In this document: positions 6,572-16,337 of the stretch, piece by piece
How the letters are laid out: each line of letters starts with the position of its first letter
Position numbering within the stretch: position 1 is the first letter of the stretch
Source of the DNA: a virus
IMG/VR virus record: IMGVR_UViG_3300035162_004467
Span: 1-64,000 of that record
DNA length: 64,000 nt
Direction: 5' to 3' (one strand)
Made by a program: the position numbers and the translations under genes
Notes under the pieces: generated by a model
Database searches by the model: none
The model's input: the letters and a program-made list of their open reading frames with translations, nothing else
Told to the model about the DNA's origin: nothing

Positions 6572-7246
6572 ATGGCAAGAGATAATAGCTTATTGTTGGG
6601 TCATATAGAATTGACAGAGAAACAAAGAGAATTCTATGACATCATGACAGATGACAAAACACGAATAGTGTTTATTGGGGGTCCAGCAGGAACCGCTAAG
6701 ACATTCCTTTCTGTTTACTCCGCATTAGATTTATACAATAGCGACAAAAGCTTAAAAATATTGTATTTGCGTAGTGTGGTGGAGAGTGCGGATAGGGGGA
6801 TGGGTTTTCTGAAAGGAGACATTGATGATAAGTTTGGGCCATATATGGCTCCGCTTTTAGATAAGATCGATGAGTTGCTGAATAAGCCAGAGAAAGACCA
6901 ATTAAAAAATAAAAGGGTACTGGAAGCGGAACCGATAAACTTTTTGCGCGGATGTACTTGGAGGGAAAAGGTGGTTATTGTGGATGAAGCTCAGAATATG
7001 AGTGTGAGAGAATTGACTACTGTGCTTACAAGGATAGGTCGGGGTAGTAAGTTATTTCTATGTGGGGACAGTTTGCAGAGTGACATTAGGAATAGTGGTT
7101 TTGCTAAGTTGGCTGATTTATTTAGAGACGAGCGGAGTTCCGAAAAAGGGGTGCATAGTGTCGAATTTAGCAAAGAAGATGTGATAAGAGATAAAATTAT
7201 CAGTTATATTGTAGAAAAAATTGAATTATTAGCAAGAAAGCACTAA
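6572..7246 (+). CDS. phoH: PhoH-family ATPase
   Basis: GPAGTAKT Walker A, MGFLKGD, FLRG.T, VDEAQN, LTRIG, GDSLQSD, DVIR. Confidence 0.92.
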   Translation: MARDNSLLLGHIELTEKQREFYDIMTDDKTRIVFIGGPAGTAKTFLSVYSALDLYNSDKSLKILYLRSVVESADRGMGFLKGDIDDKFGPYMAPLLDKIDELLNKPEKDQLKNKRVLEAEPINFLRGCTWREKVVIVDEAQNMSVRELTTVLTRIGRGSKLFLCGDSLQSDIRNSGFAKLADLFRDERSSEKGVHSVEFSKEDVIRDKIISYIVEKIELLARKH

Positions 7247-7254
7247 AATTTCAT

Positions 7255-7629
7255 ATGAATAAAGTTTTCTGCTCTTCCTGCGGTCACAAAAACGTGTACG
7301 AAGTGACCAAGTCTAAGTTTTGTACGGCGTGTGGTTCTCCGATTGGATCGGCTACTCCTGAACCAGCTCGTAAAGAAGCTGTTGCAGGAATCGAACATGA
7401 AGAAGAGGGTTCCACCTCTTTTGACTTACGTAAAATGAAGAATGATATTGTTTCTGAAGCGAACACACAACAAACCACTTTAACTGATCTTTGGAAATCT
7501 GCGACTCCTGAAGACGCTAACAAGAGTAAGGTTTCTAGGCCAGCATCAAATTTGCCTGATGGCGATGCTATAATTAAACAAAATCAAACTGACTGTGCGT
7601 CATCTAGAGTCCAAGACATTGATGGTTAA
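7255..7629 (+). CDS. Zinc-ribbon protein
   Basis: FCSSCG...KFCTACG at the N-terminus. Confidence 0.75.
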   Translation: MNKVFCSSCGHKNVYEVTKSKFCTACGSPIGSATPEPARKEAVAGIEHEEEGSTSFDLRKMKNDIVSEANTQQTTLTDLWKSATPEDANKSKVSRPASNLPDGDAIIKQNQTDCASSRVQDIDG

Positions 7630-8296
7630 GACTTACGAAGACCTCATCCCAGAAATCGAAGAACTTTTAAGTAGGTATAGGACCAAGTGGCAGCTTAACT
7701 CCATAGCTTGGTTGGATTATGATGATGTATCTCAAATAATCCGTACTCATCTTTTTAAAAAGTGGCATTTGTGGGACCAGAAGAGAGCATTCAAGCCTTG
7801 GGCTTCTATGTTGATTAGTAATCAGATAAAGAATCTGGTAAGGAATCATTATGGGAACTTCGCTAAACCATGCTTGCGTTGTTCTTTTTATTTTGGGGGA
7901 GATGAATGTGGTTTTACTAAGAGTAGGGTGCAGGATGAAGAGTGTGGTGATTTTGCTAAATGGAAGAGTAAAAAGCAGAGTGCATTTCACTTAAAAATGC
8001 CAGTATCTTTAGATTCATTAATTTCTGTTAAAGACCGAATGAACGAAGATGAATTAGACTACGACAAGAAAACGGCTAAGATGCATAAGTTGGTCATGTC
8101 TGAATTGAATGATAAACATAAAGAGATATACAAGTTATTATTTATAGACCACATGGATGAAGTTGAGGTTGCCAAGCAGTTTGGGTTCAAGCGAGATACA
8201 AGTAAAAGAAAAACGCCTAGATACAAACAAATAAACAACCTGAAGAAGAAGTTTTATAATATAGCCGCGAAGTTAATAAAAGAGGAAGATTTGTAA
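7622..8296 (+). CDS. Phage sigma70/ECF-like sigma factor with a Cys-rich insertion
   Basis: Region-2-like DYDDVSQ...WDQKRAFKPWASMLISNQIKNLVR. Region-4-like LNDKHKEIYKLLF...EVAKQFG. CLRC...C...C lies between them. Confidence 0.7.
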   Translation: MVKTYEDLIPEIEELLSRYRTKWQLNSIAWLDYDDVSQIIRTHLFKKWHLWDQKRAFKPWASMLISNQIKNLVRNHYGNFAKPCLRCSFYFGGDECGFTKSRVQDEECGDFAKWKSKKQSAFHLKMPVSLDSLISVKDRMNEDELDYDKKTAKMHKLVMSELNDKHKEIYKLLFIDHMDEVEVAKQFGFKRDTSKRKTPRYKQINNLKKKFYNIAAKLIKEEDL

Positions 8297-9354
8297 TGAT
8301 ATATGATTTAACGGAGGAGCAGAAAGAGGAAATCTTAAAACTGTTTAAAAAAAACCCTGACTTAATGTTTATAACCCGCAAGATATTTGGGGATGAGACT
8401 ATTGATGGGAGGTCTAAACAAGGTCGTGCCGTGAGGAAGTTCTTAGCAGGACAAGACAAGAAAGCGAATACATCTCTTGTCCCCAAAGTAGAGCAGATTC
8501 ATTTGACAAAAGAGCAAAAAGAGTTCTTGATGACTGACAATATCGAAGTTGGCATGAATGCTTTAGAAATTGCCAGACTTACTTTCAAAGATCGTGACGT
8601 TCAACCCTTGAGTATTAAGCACAGAATCATTGTTGATTTCTTAAGAACTTACAGGCCAGAGGTTGTAGACGATAACGAAATTATTACAAAAGAGAAGTGG
8701 ACTCCACCTAAGTCTATAAACAGAGCGATTGTTAAGATAAATAACTTCTGCGGCACTCGTCTAGAGGAACTGAACCTCCAAACAAAACAAAAGAGATTAG
8801 TAGAGCAATTAATTCTTTATTTTAAAAGTCCTCGCTTCAACCATTTTATTAATCAGTATGCGACTATAGCTGACAGAAGCTTATTCGAAAGCGAGTTTGT
8901 CCGTGCTGTTTGGGACAAGCCTGACCTCACTAACGACGAATTGAATCTATATGTGACTGTATGTGCTAACTACGTGCGCCAGAAACACATCCAGATGCGT
9001 ATTGACAAGCTTAATGCACTACTAGACGACCAAGACAACGAAAGGGACATCACAATGCGTCTGACGGAGATTATCAAGGCGACCAGTGAAGAGCTTAACC
9101 AGTGCGAGAAGCGTATTGAGTCTTTAACAAAGGACTTGAATGGATCTAGAACTGCAAGGCTGAAGGCCAAGGGAGAAGAGAACGGTTCTATCTTCGCTTT
9201 GGTTGAGGCTTTCCAAGACCGTGAAGAGCGTGACCGTATGATCATGATGGCTGAACTTCAAAATAAATTAATTGAAGAAGAGGCTGATAGGTTGGAGAGC
9301 ATGGACGATTATAAAGCAAGGATCTTGGGAATATCCAAAAAAGAATTATTATGA
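8296..9354 (+). CDS. Coiled-coil protein, candidate terminase small subunit
   Basis: Two repeated LT.EQKE helical units and a coiled-coil C-terminus. The position upstream of TerL is inference only. Confidence 0.45.
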   Translation: MIYDLTEEQKEEILKLFKKNPDLMFITRKIFGDETIDGRSKQGRAVRKFLAGQDKKANTSLVPKVEQIHLTKEQKEFLMTDNIEVGMNALEIARLTFKDRDVQPLSIKHRIIVDFLRTYRPEVVDDNEIITKEKWTPPKSINRAIVKINNFCGTRLEELNLQTKQKRLVEQLILYFKSPRFNHFINQYATIADRSLFESEFVRAVWDKPDLTNDELNLYVTVCANYVRQKHIQMRIDKLNALLDDQDNERDITMRLTEIIKATSEELNQCEKRIESLTKDLNGSRTARLKAKGEENGSIFALVEAFQDREERDRMIMMAELQNKLIEEEADRLESMDDYKARILGISKKELL

Positions 9355-10304
9355 ATGAGTTTGTTTGCAGAGTGTGCGGTAAGTCCTTTGATAATCGCAG
9401 GAGTTTCCACGCTCACCTTAAAGCGCATAGTACTTCTATTGGGGAGTATTATGTGGAGCATTATGCTAAAAGAGATCTTTATACAAAAGAATTATTGCAA
9501 TTCAAAAACTACGACCAATATTTCTCAGAGGATTTCAACAATGTAGATAACTATTTGTCTTGGCTGAAAACGACTTCCCCTATCAAAGCAAAAAAATACT
9601 TAATCAAGCATATCCGCGAAAGGTTTGAGAAGAAGGACGTTAGGTTCACTCCACCAGACTTATACTATATGTTGGCTCAAATGCCCAACATCGATTACTA
9701 TCGAAAAATGTGGACATCTTACTCTGAGTTCTCTGAGGACTTGGGAATAAAATCTTGGTTTATCAAAAATTTGCCCAAAAACTTCTGGGAGCAAGAGATT
9801 GAAGATATGCAGATATTTGTCGATACTAGAGAGCAAAAGCCCCTTAACTTCGATAATAGTGTAAGTAATAAATTAGACTTCGGTGATTACACCGCCGCTG
9901 GAGAGTATTACTCAAAAACCTTTGTAGACAGAAAAGCTCAAGATGATTTCAGACAAACATTCGGAAAAGATATCGAAAGGTTCAGGCGTGAAATGGATCG
10001 TTGTGTCCAGTTTAATTCTTACATGTTCATTGTTGTCGAGTCTTCTATTGAAAAAATCGAAGAAGATAACAAGGTATCGAAGTTCAAATCGAATTTAGGT
10101 TACTTGTGGCACAATGTTCGTAGTCTTATGATAGACTACCCAGAAAACATACAGTTTGTTTTTGCTTACTCAAGAGCGGGTGCAAAGAAAATTATCCCGA
10201 AGATACTACATTCTGGACAGCGTCTTTGGCACGTTGACGTTCAATATCATTTAGAAAAAAAAGTTTATGGCATGGCAGAAAGGAAAACAGCGGTATCGAA
10301 ATGA
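9351..10304 (+). CDS. C2H2 zinc finger + ERCC4 (XPF/Mus81-type) nuclease
   Basis: CRVC...HAHLKAH. VDTREQ, LDFGDY, DRKAQDDF (ERKxxxD variant), FIVVE. Confidence 0.8.
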   Translation: MNEFVCRVCGKSFDNRRSFHAHLKAHSTSIGEYYVEHYAKRDLYTKELLQFKNYDQYFSEDFNNVDNYLSWLKTTSPIKAKKYLIKHIRERFEKKDVRFTPPDLYYMLAQMPNIDYYRKMWTSYSEFSEDLGIKSWFIKNLPKNFWEQEIEDMQIFVDTREQKPLNFDNSVSNKLDFGDYTAAGEYYSKTFVDRKAQDDFRQTFGKDIERFRREMDRCVQFNSYMFIVVESSIEKIEEDNKVSKFKSNLGYLWHNVRSLMIDYPENIQFVFAYSRAGAKKIIPKILHSGQRLWHVDVQYHLEKKVYGMAERKTAVSK

Positions 10305-12174
10305 ATACTCCGCTACGGAATTTAATAATTACTTAAAAACATTTGAAGGCGACTTGCCTGACGAGGAAGCGAAGTATTTGTTGTATAAATTCTTAAGGGC
10401 TAATATTGCATTTACCACTGAGTTATTTTTAGGAGTAAAGTTGTTCCCATTTCAGGCTATGGCCATTAAGGGGATGATGGTATCTGACTACTCTATGTTC
10501 GTATTCTCACGGGGTATGTCGAAAACCTTCTCTACAGCTATTTATGTATTACTTGAATGTCTACTGAACCCTAACGCTAATATTGGTGTTATTGCAGGTA
10601 GCTTTAGGCAATCAAAACAAATCTTCCAGAAGATGGAAGACATCCTTTGTAAGCCAGAAGCGAAGCTCGTAAAAGAATGCGGAGTTAAAATAACAAAAGG
10701 AACTGACCAGTGGACCTTAAGAATTGGTAATAGCCGCGCTATAGCTTTACCGTTGGCTAACGGAGAAAGATTACGTGGATTTCGATTTAATAGGATTGTA
10801 TTGGATGAGTTCTTAACAATACCAGAAAAGATTTTCAATGAAGTTATTATTCCATTCCTTGGCGTAGTGGAAAATCCAATTGAAAGAGAGGAATTACATA
10901 AACTGGAATCCCGCCTTATCGACAAAGGCGAGCTGAAAGAGAGTGAGAGGTATGTATGGCCCAATAATAAATTAATAATACTTTCATCTCCATCCTTCAA
11001 ATTTGAATACATGTTTAAACTCTACAAGAAGTATGAGGGGCTTATTCTTGGAGAATTTGATCATAATAAAAATCATGATGATGAGGAGGATGAGGAACAA
11101 TCTGCTGATGATGCTTACAGATTAATAATGCAATTAAGTTATGATTGCGCCCCTGCTAGGTTATACGATCAAAACCTACTCAAACAAGCAAAAGAAACCA
11201 TGTCTGAAATGCAGTTCAAACGAGAGTTTGGCGCTCAATTTGTGGACGAGAGTGACGGTTACTTCAGGTTATCTAAGATGGCAGCTTGCACTATTGCTGA
11301 TGGAGAATTTCCTGCTGTTGAGGTGGTTGGAAACCCAAGTGACGACTATATTCTTGCTTTTGACCCCAACTGGGCTGGCAACACAAGTGCTGACCACTTC
11401 GCGATGCACGTATTTAAGGTTCTGAGAGACGACCAGAAGGTTTGCCTTGTCCATAGTTACGCTTTGGCTGGAGTGTCCTTAAAAGACCATATGAGGTATT
11501 TCTTATATCTCCTAGAGTCTTTCAATATTGTGGGTATATGTGGTGACTACAACGGAGGGGTCCAATTTATTAATTCTTGTAATGAAAGTCAATTGTTTAA
11601 AACAGCCAAGGTCGATATTGGCGTTATAGAAGTAGACTTAGAAAAACCTGACCAATGGCATAATGACGTACTTAGTTTCAAGAACCAATATAATCAGAAA
11701 GAAAGAAAATACTGCATCTTAAGAAAACCTACAGTTAACTGGATTAGAAGCGGTAATGAGATGTTACAAGCAGCCATAGACCATAAAAGAATACTATTTG
11801 CTTCCAGAGCGGTGGATGACCACTTCGACCAGCAGAGAAAAAAGAATTTACCTATTGATGAGATAAAGTGGGACAATAAAATTACAGCCAGTTCTAAAGG
11901 CGCTAAAATGATTGACCTTATTGACCAACAGAAAAGTAACATTGAACTTACAAAGTCAGAATGCGCCAACATTGAGGTCACCACAAACCCCCAAGGGTCA
12001 CAGTCATTTAATCTACCGCAAAACATCCGAAGACAAAAAGGGCCGAATAGAGCGCGTAAAGACTCTTATTCTGCCTTGATTCTAGGGAATTGGTTTGCTA
12101 AAGTGTATTTCGATTCTTTACACGTTAAGCCTGAGAAAAAACCTACTTCTACATTTATACCGTTTACTATTTGA
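10267..12174 (+). CDS. terL: Terminase large subunit
   Basis: LFPFQ Q-motif, SRGMSKT Walker A, LRG.R, IVLDE Walker B, LSSP motif III, RNase H-like LAFDP...D...KD.YSA. Confidence 0.9.
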   Translation: MAWQKGKQRYRNEYSATEFNNYLKTFEGDLPDEEAKYLLYKFLRANIAFTTELFLGVKLFPFQAMAIKGMMVSDYSMFVFSRGMSKTFSTAIYVLLECLLNPNANIGVIAGSFRQSKQIFQKMEDILCKPEAKLVKECGVKITKGTDQWTLRIGNSRAIALPLANGERLRGFRFNRIVLDEFLTIPEKIFNEVIIPFLGVVENPIEREELHKLESRLIDKGELKESERYVWPNNKLIILSSPSFKFEYMFKLYKKYEGLILGEFDHNKNHDDEEDEEQSADDAYRLIMQLSYDCAPARLYDQNLLKQAKETMSEMQFKREFGAQFVDESDGYFRLSKMAACTIADGEFPAVEVVGNPSDDYILAFDPNWAGNTSADHFAMHVFKVLRDDQKVCLVHSYALAGVSLKDHMRYFLYLLESFNIVGICGDYNGGVQFINSCNESQLFKTAKVDIGVIEVDLEKPDQWHNDVLSFKNQYNQKERKYCILRKPTVNWIRSGNEMLQAAIDHKRILFASRAVDDHFDQQRKKNLPIDEIKWDNKITASSKGAKMIDLIDQQKSNIELTKSECANIEVTTNPQGSQSFNLPQNIRRQKGPNRARKDSYSALILGNWFAKVYFDSLHVKPEKKPTSTFIPFTI

Positions 12175-12220
12175 AAAGTTCTAAAGTAACTTCTATAACT
12201 TTAGTGTAACAATTGTTAGC

Positions 12221-14182
12221 ATGGCAAAGCGTAAGTATATAAAGAGGTCAGAATATTGGAGTCAGTTTAAAGACAGCACTCCTAATCACAATTTAGAAGA
12301 CATAACCAATCAATCTTTGGCAGAAGAGTTCTCTCCTGAACTGGTCGGAGAATCGTTATATGAGGCTACAGCCTCTCGTCTTGCAGACCCCTCAAGGCGT
12401 TCTAGCTCAAGGACTAACAGTATTACTCAGAGCTATACTAAAAATAGATTTAAGAATATTGATGATGGACTACTTCCGTTTGATTACTCGCGTGATTCAG
12501 TAAATGTCCGTGATGCTATCCAGTTATGCCAAAAAGCTTACTTTAATGTCCCTGCATTCAGAAGTACAATTGACATGCTCTCTGACTTTGCTGATTCTGA
12601 TTTGTTTTTAGAGGGTGGATCTGCTAAAGCTAGAAACTTTATAAACGCTTGGTTTAAAAGAATTAAAATTCATGATATCAAGTCACAATACTTCCGTGAA
12701 TACTATCGCTCAGGCAATGTTTTCATGTATCGTGTTGATGGTAAAATCAAAACCTCTGATACAGGAAGGGTTTTGGAAACCTATGGGGCTACTAAGAGCG
12801 TCCCTATTCCAATCAAGTATTTGATTGTAAACCCAACTGATATTGCCACAAAGGGTTCTATTTCATTTAATGATTTTCAGTATTTTAAAGTTCTGACTCC
12901 ATATGAAATCTCTAGACTCAAAGATCCCAAAACTGAGCATGAGATTGAAATGTACAATTCTTTACCAGAAGATGTTCAGGTAAGAATCCAAAACAACACT
13001 GCTACTACCACTGAGCGTCTTTATATTAAATTAAATTCGGAGCTATTGCATGTTGTGTTTGCTAAGAAGCAGGACTATGAGCCGCTTTCTGTTCCATATG
13101 CTTTCTCTGTGCTTGATGACATCAATAAGAAACTAGAACTTAAGAAAATTGACCAAGCCATCTCTCGTTCCATTGAGAATGTTGTTTTATTGGTTACTAT
13201 GGGCGCAGAGCCAGATAAGGGTGGAGTTAATCATAAAGCATTAGCTGCGATGCAAAATATTTTCAAGAATCAAAGTGTCGGGCGTGTTCTTGTATCTGAT
13301 TATACCACAAAAGCTGACTTTATTATTCCTGATCTCCGTAAAGTAATTGGCCCTGAAAAATATGAGATTTTGAACCGTGACATTCAAGAGGGGCTTCAGA
13401 ATGTTCTCCTTGGAGATAACAAATATGCAGATGGACAGCTTAAGATGAAGATATTCATCCAGCGTCTTGAAGAATCTCGTAGCCAATTTGTTAAAGACTT
13501 CCTACAGCCAGAGATCCGCCGTATTTGTAAAGCTGCGGGTATGCGTTCTTGGCCAGAAGTTAAATTTGTTAAAACAGATACTCTTGATAACTCTGATATG
13601 ACTAGGCTTGCTACTCGCATGATGGAGCTTGGAGTTCTTACCCCAGAACAAGGTATGAGCGTTGTCCATAATGGGATATTCCCCAAAGCAGAAGAATTAG
13701 TGCCAGCTCAAGACAAGTTTAAAGAGCAGAGGGAAGATGGTTATTATATGCCTCTAGTAAATAGTATTAACCTTTACCAAAACGAAGAAGACTCCGTTCC
13801 AGAGGCCAAGCCAGAAGCTGCTCCTATTGCGCCTTCTGGCGGTCGTCCTGTTGGAGTGTCTAATTCGAACTTCTCCAAAAAACATATCGTTGAAGCTACC
13901 CAAATAGTTAGCGAATTCGAACTTAGAGCTTATCGCGACTTCGCTCTTAAGTTTGGCTTAGAAGAACTTGATGAAGAAAGGAGAGATTTAGTTTCTCGCG
14001 CTTGTGAGTCGATTATTGTTTCTAAACCACTGGTGGAATGGGATGAGACCTTGTCTAGTATTGTAGATAATTTAGACAATCTTTCTAAACTAGATGTTGC
14101 TCCAGAAGTATTAGATATGGGTTCTAAACATCAGCTTGATGACATGTCTGCTGCAATTTTATATCACTCAACCAAAATTTAA
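12221..14182 (+). CDS. Portal protein
   Basis: Directly follows terL. Size and YREYYRSGNVF-type motif fit a portal. Confidence 0.8.
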   Translation: MAKRKYIKRSEYWSQFKDSTPNHNLEDITNQSLAEEFSPELVGESLYEATASRLADPSRRSSSRTNSITQSYTKNRFKNIDDGLLPFDYSRDSVNVRDAIQLCQKAYFNVPAFRSTIDMLSDFADSDLFLEGGSAKARNFINAWFKRIKIHDIKSQYFREYYRSGNVFMYRVDGKIKTSDTGRVLETYGATKSVPIPIKYLIVNPTDIATKGSISFNDFQYFKVLTPYEISRLKDPKTEHEIEMYNSLPEDVQVRIQNNTATTTERLYIKLNSELLHVVFAKKQDYEPLSVPYAFSVLDDINKKLELKKIDQAISRSIENVVLLVTMGAEPDKGGVNHKALAAMQNIFKNQSVGRVLVSDYTTKADFIIPDLRKVIGPEKYEILNRDIQEGLQNVLLGDNKYADGQLKMKIFIQRLEESRSQFVKDFLQPEIRRICKAAGMRSWPEVKFVKTDTLDNSDMTRLATRMMELGVLTPEQGMSVVHNGIFPKAEELVPAQDKFKEQREDGYYMPLVNSINLYQNEEDSVPEAKPEAAPIAPSGGRPVGVSNSNFSKKHIVEATQIVSEFELRAYRDFALKFGLEELDEERRDLVSRACESIIVSKPLVEWDETLSSIVDNLDNLSKLDVAPEVLDMGSKHQLDDMSAAILYHSTKI

Positions 14183-14196
14183 GTGTATAACATTTT

Positions 14197-15720
14197 ATGG
14201 ATTTAAAAGATTTTGAGGTAAGTAGCTTTGATTGTAACATCAAGGCTCTCAAAGAAGCTGACTACGAGAAATTCGGAGTATCGGAAGGGTCTATTGCAGA
14301 AGCAGCTAAATCTTTACTGCCTGACGACTTTGACCCATCCGCGAATGTAGATGTATTACCTGTAGTATTTAACTTAGCCCTCGTCAACGAATTTAACAAA
14401 AACGGTGACGGCATAGATTCTAAAACAGCAGTAGAAGCCGTAAAAAGATTTATTAATAAGCCAATTAACATCGAACACAAGAAGCATAAGATCGTAGGCC
14501 ACATGATCAATGCTTCTTTCTCTATGGAGGAATATGATTTTAAAGATAACGCCATCGAATCATATGCCGACGAAAAAGAGCCATTTTATATCAACGCTGC
14601 TGGTTTAATTTATAAAAATATTTTTCCAGAGTTAGCAGAAGCTATTGAAACAGCCGAAAAAGAAGAGAATGAAGAATATCAGAGTATTGCTACTAGTTGG
14701 GAACTTGCATTTAAGAGCTATAAAGTCGTCTATGGATCTAATAGATTGGACGAGTGCGAAGTTGCCGAAGGTTCAAAGAAAGAAGAGCTGAAGCAGTATG
14801 TAAAAGGTTTCGGCGGCAAAGGCGTAGATGAAGATGGCATACCAGTTCATCGGTTAATACATGGTGAAACTTATCCCTTGGGAGCTGCATTAACATATAA
14901 ACCTGCTGCTAGAGTTAAAGGAATTTATACATCAGAGCTAGAAAAAAATGAAAAGCCTGTTGATAATTCTTTAGCAAAACAAGATAATATTAATATTAAA
15001 AATTCCCTAAACAAAAAAAACGCTGTAACAGAAAACAAATTCGACATTTTAAACATGGATAAAGAACAATTCGAAACACTAATGACACAAGTTGCGGAAA
15101 GCGTAGCTTCTGTGGTCAAGAAGGACGATCAAGCCAACTCTCTTGGTGAGATTATGCGTAATGCTCTTACTGAGCATTCTGAAAACTGGAAATCTAAAGT
15201 TCAACTTGAAGCCGAAGCTCGTGAGAAAGCAGAAGTAGATCTGACTGAAATGAAAGCCTCTTTTGATGCTGTTCAGACAGAACTCTCCGCTCTTAAATCT
15301 GAGATGGAAGCTCAAGCTGCTGTTGAGTTATTTAACTCTCGCATGAACTTTATCGACTCCACATACGAACTTACTGAAGCAGAGCTTAAGTTGGTCGTAG
15401 ATGAGTTGAAGGTTGTTGAAGCTTCTAACGAGGCTTTCGATACCTTTAAAGAAAAACTTTCTATTCTTTTAGCAAGCAAGACTAAAGAGTCTATTGCAGC
15501 TCAGGAAGAGGTAATCAAAGCTAAAATCGAAGAGGCTATCGCTTCCAAGATGGCAGAAGATACCCCTGAGAATAAGGAAGAAGTTAAGGCTAGTGAAGAT
15601 GAGTTGGAAGTTGAAGAGGTTAAGGCCGCTTCTATCCCCAACAATAATGCTGAAGCCTCAGAAAAAATTTCTTTGGTTGAAAAACTTAAGGAGAACTTCT
15701 CTGTTGAAGTTACAAAATAA
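14197..15720 (+). CDS. Prohead protease with C-terminal scaffold
   Basis: NKNGD, KPINIEH, IVGH and SWE protease-like motifs. Acidic Ala/Glu/Lys coiled-coil C-terminal half. Confidence 0.75.
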   Translation: MDLKDFEVSSFDCNIKALKEADYEKFGVSEGSIAEAAKSLLPDDFDPSANVDVLPVVFNLALVNEFNKNGDGIDSKTAVEAVKRFINKPINIEHKKHKIVGHMINASFSMEEYDFKDNAIESYADEKEPFYINAAGLIYKNIFPELAEAIETAEKEENEEYQSIATSWELAFKSYKVVYGSNRLDECEVAEGSKKEELKQYVKGFGGKGVDEDGIPVHRLIHGETYPLGAALTYKPAARVKGIYTSELEKNEKPVDNSLAKQDNINIKNSLNKKNAVTENKFDILNMDKEQFETLMTQVAESVASVVKKDDQANSLGEIMRNALTEHSENWKSKVQLEAEAREKAEVDLTEMKASFDAVQTELSALKSEMEAQAAVELFNSRMNFIDSTYELTEAELKLVVDELKVVEASNEAFDTFKEKLSILLASKTKESIAAQEEVIKAKIEEAIASKMAEDTPENKEEVKASEDELEVEEVKAASIPNNNAEASEKISLVEKLKENFSVEVTK

Positions 15721-15743
15721 AAATCTAATTATAATATAAAATT

Positions 15744-16322
15744 ATGGCTAATGAAATTACCAAATTGCTACCATTTCGCCAATATGACGATAACGATGTT
15801 ATCAACATGTTCGCTTATGAAGGCACTAATGTAGGGGCGGGTACTGTTGTTAAAGTATCTGCTGCTAATCTCGACAACGATCTTATCGATCTTGTTGACG
15901 GTGGAAGCGCATTCCTGACTTCTCAGGGCAATGCTTACTCTCCACTTGCTGTGAACCCACTTCGTGTGGCTTCTGCCGCTTCTGGCAATTCAGCTATTGG
16001 AATTCTCCTTCGCGACGTTCGCGAAACAGATGAAAATGGCGAGAAGCTTCGCTTCTACCCCCAGAAGAAAGAAGAGCTTCAGTGCGTTCTTTCTGGAGAG
16101 ACTGTCCCTGTTGCAACGAAAGGAACGTTTACTCTTTTAGAGGGAGCTTTCTCTGGTTCGCTTCTCCCCGCCCCAGCTGCTGAACTCGGACTTCGTGCTA
16201 ACGGTCTGCTTGCTACTGCTGTTGCCGCTGACACTGTTGTCGGTAAGGTTCTCGCAACTGGATCTCGTGCTGCTGGTGATACCCATGCAGGAGGATACGC
16301 AATTGTCAGCATCAACTTCTAA
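15744..16322 (+). CDS. Head decoration/cement protein
   Basis: Ala/Gly-rich beta protein between scaffold and MCP, with strong codon bias. Confidence 0.65.
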   Translation: MANEITKLLPFRQYDDNDVINMFAYEGTNVGAGTVVKVSAANLDNDLIDLVDGGSAFLTSQGNAYSPLAVNPLRVASAASGNSAIGILLRDVRETDENGEKLRFYPQKKEELQCVLSGETVPVATKGTFTLLEGAFSGSLLPAPAAELGLRANGLLATAVAADTVVGKVLATGSRAAGDTHAGGYAIVSINF

Positions 16323-16337
16323 TTCAAATCACAGATT

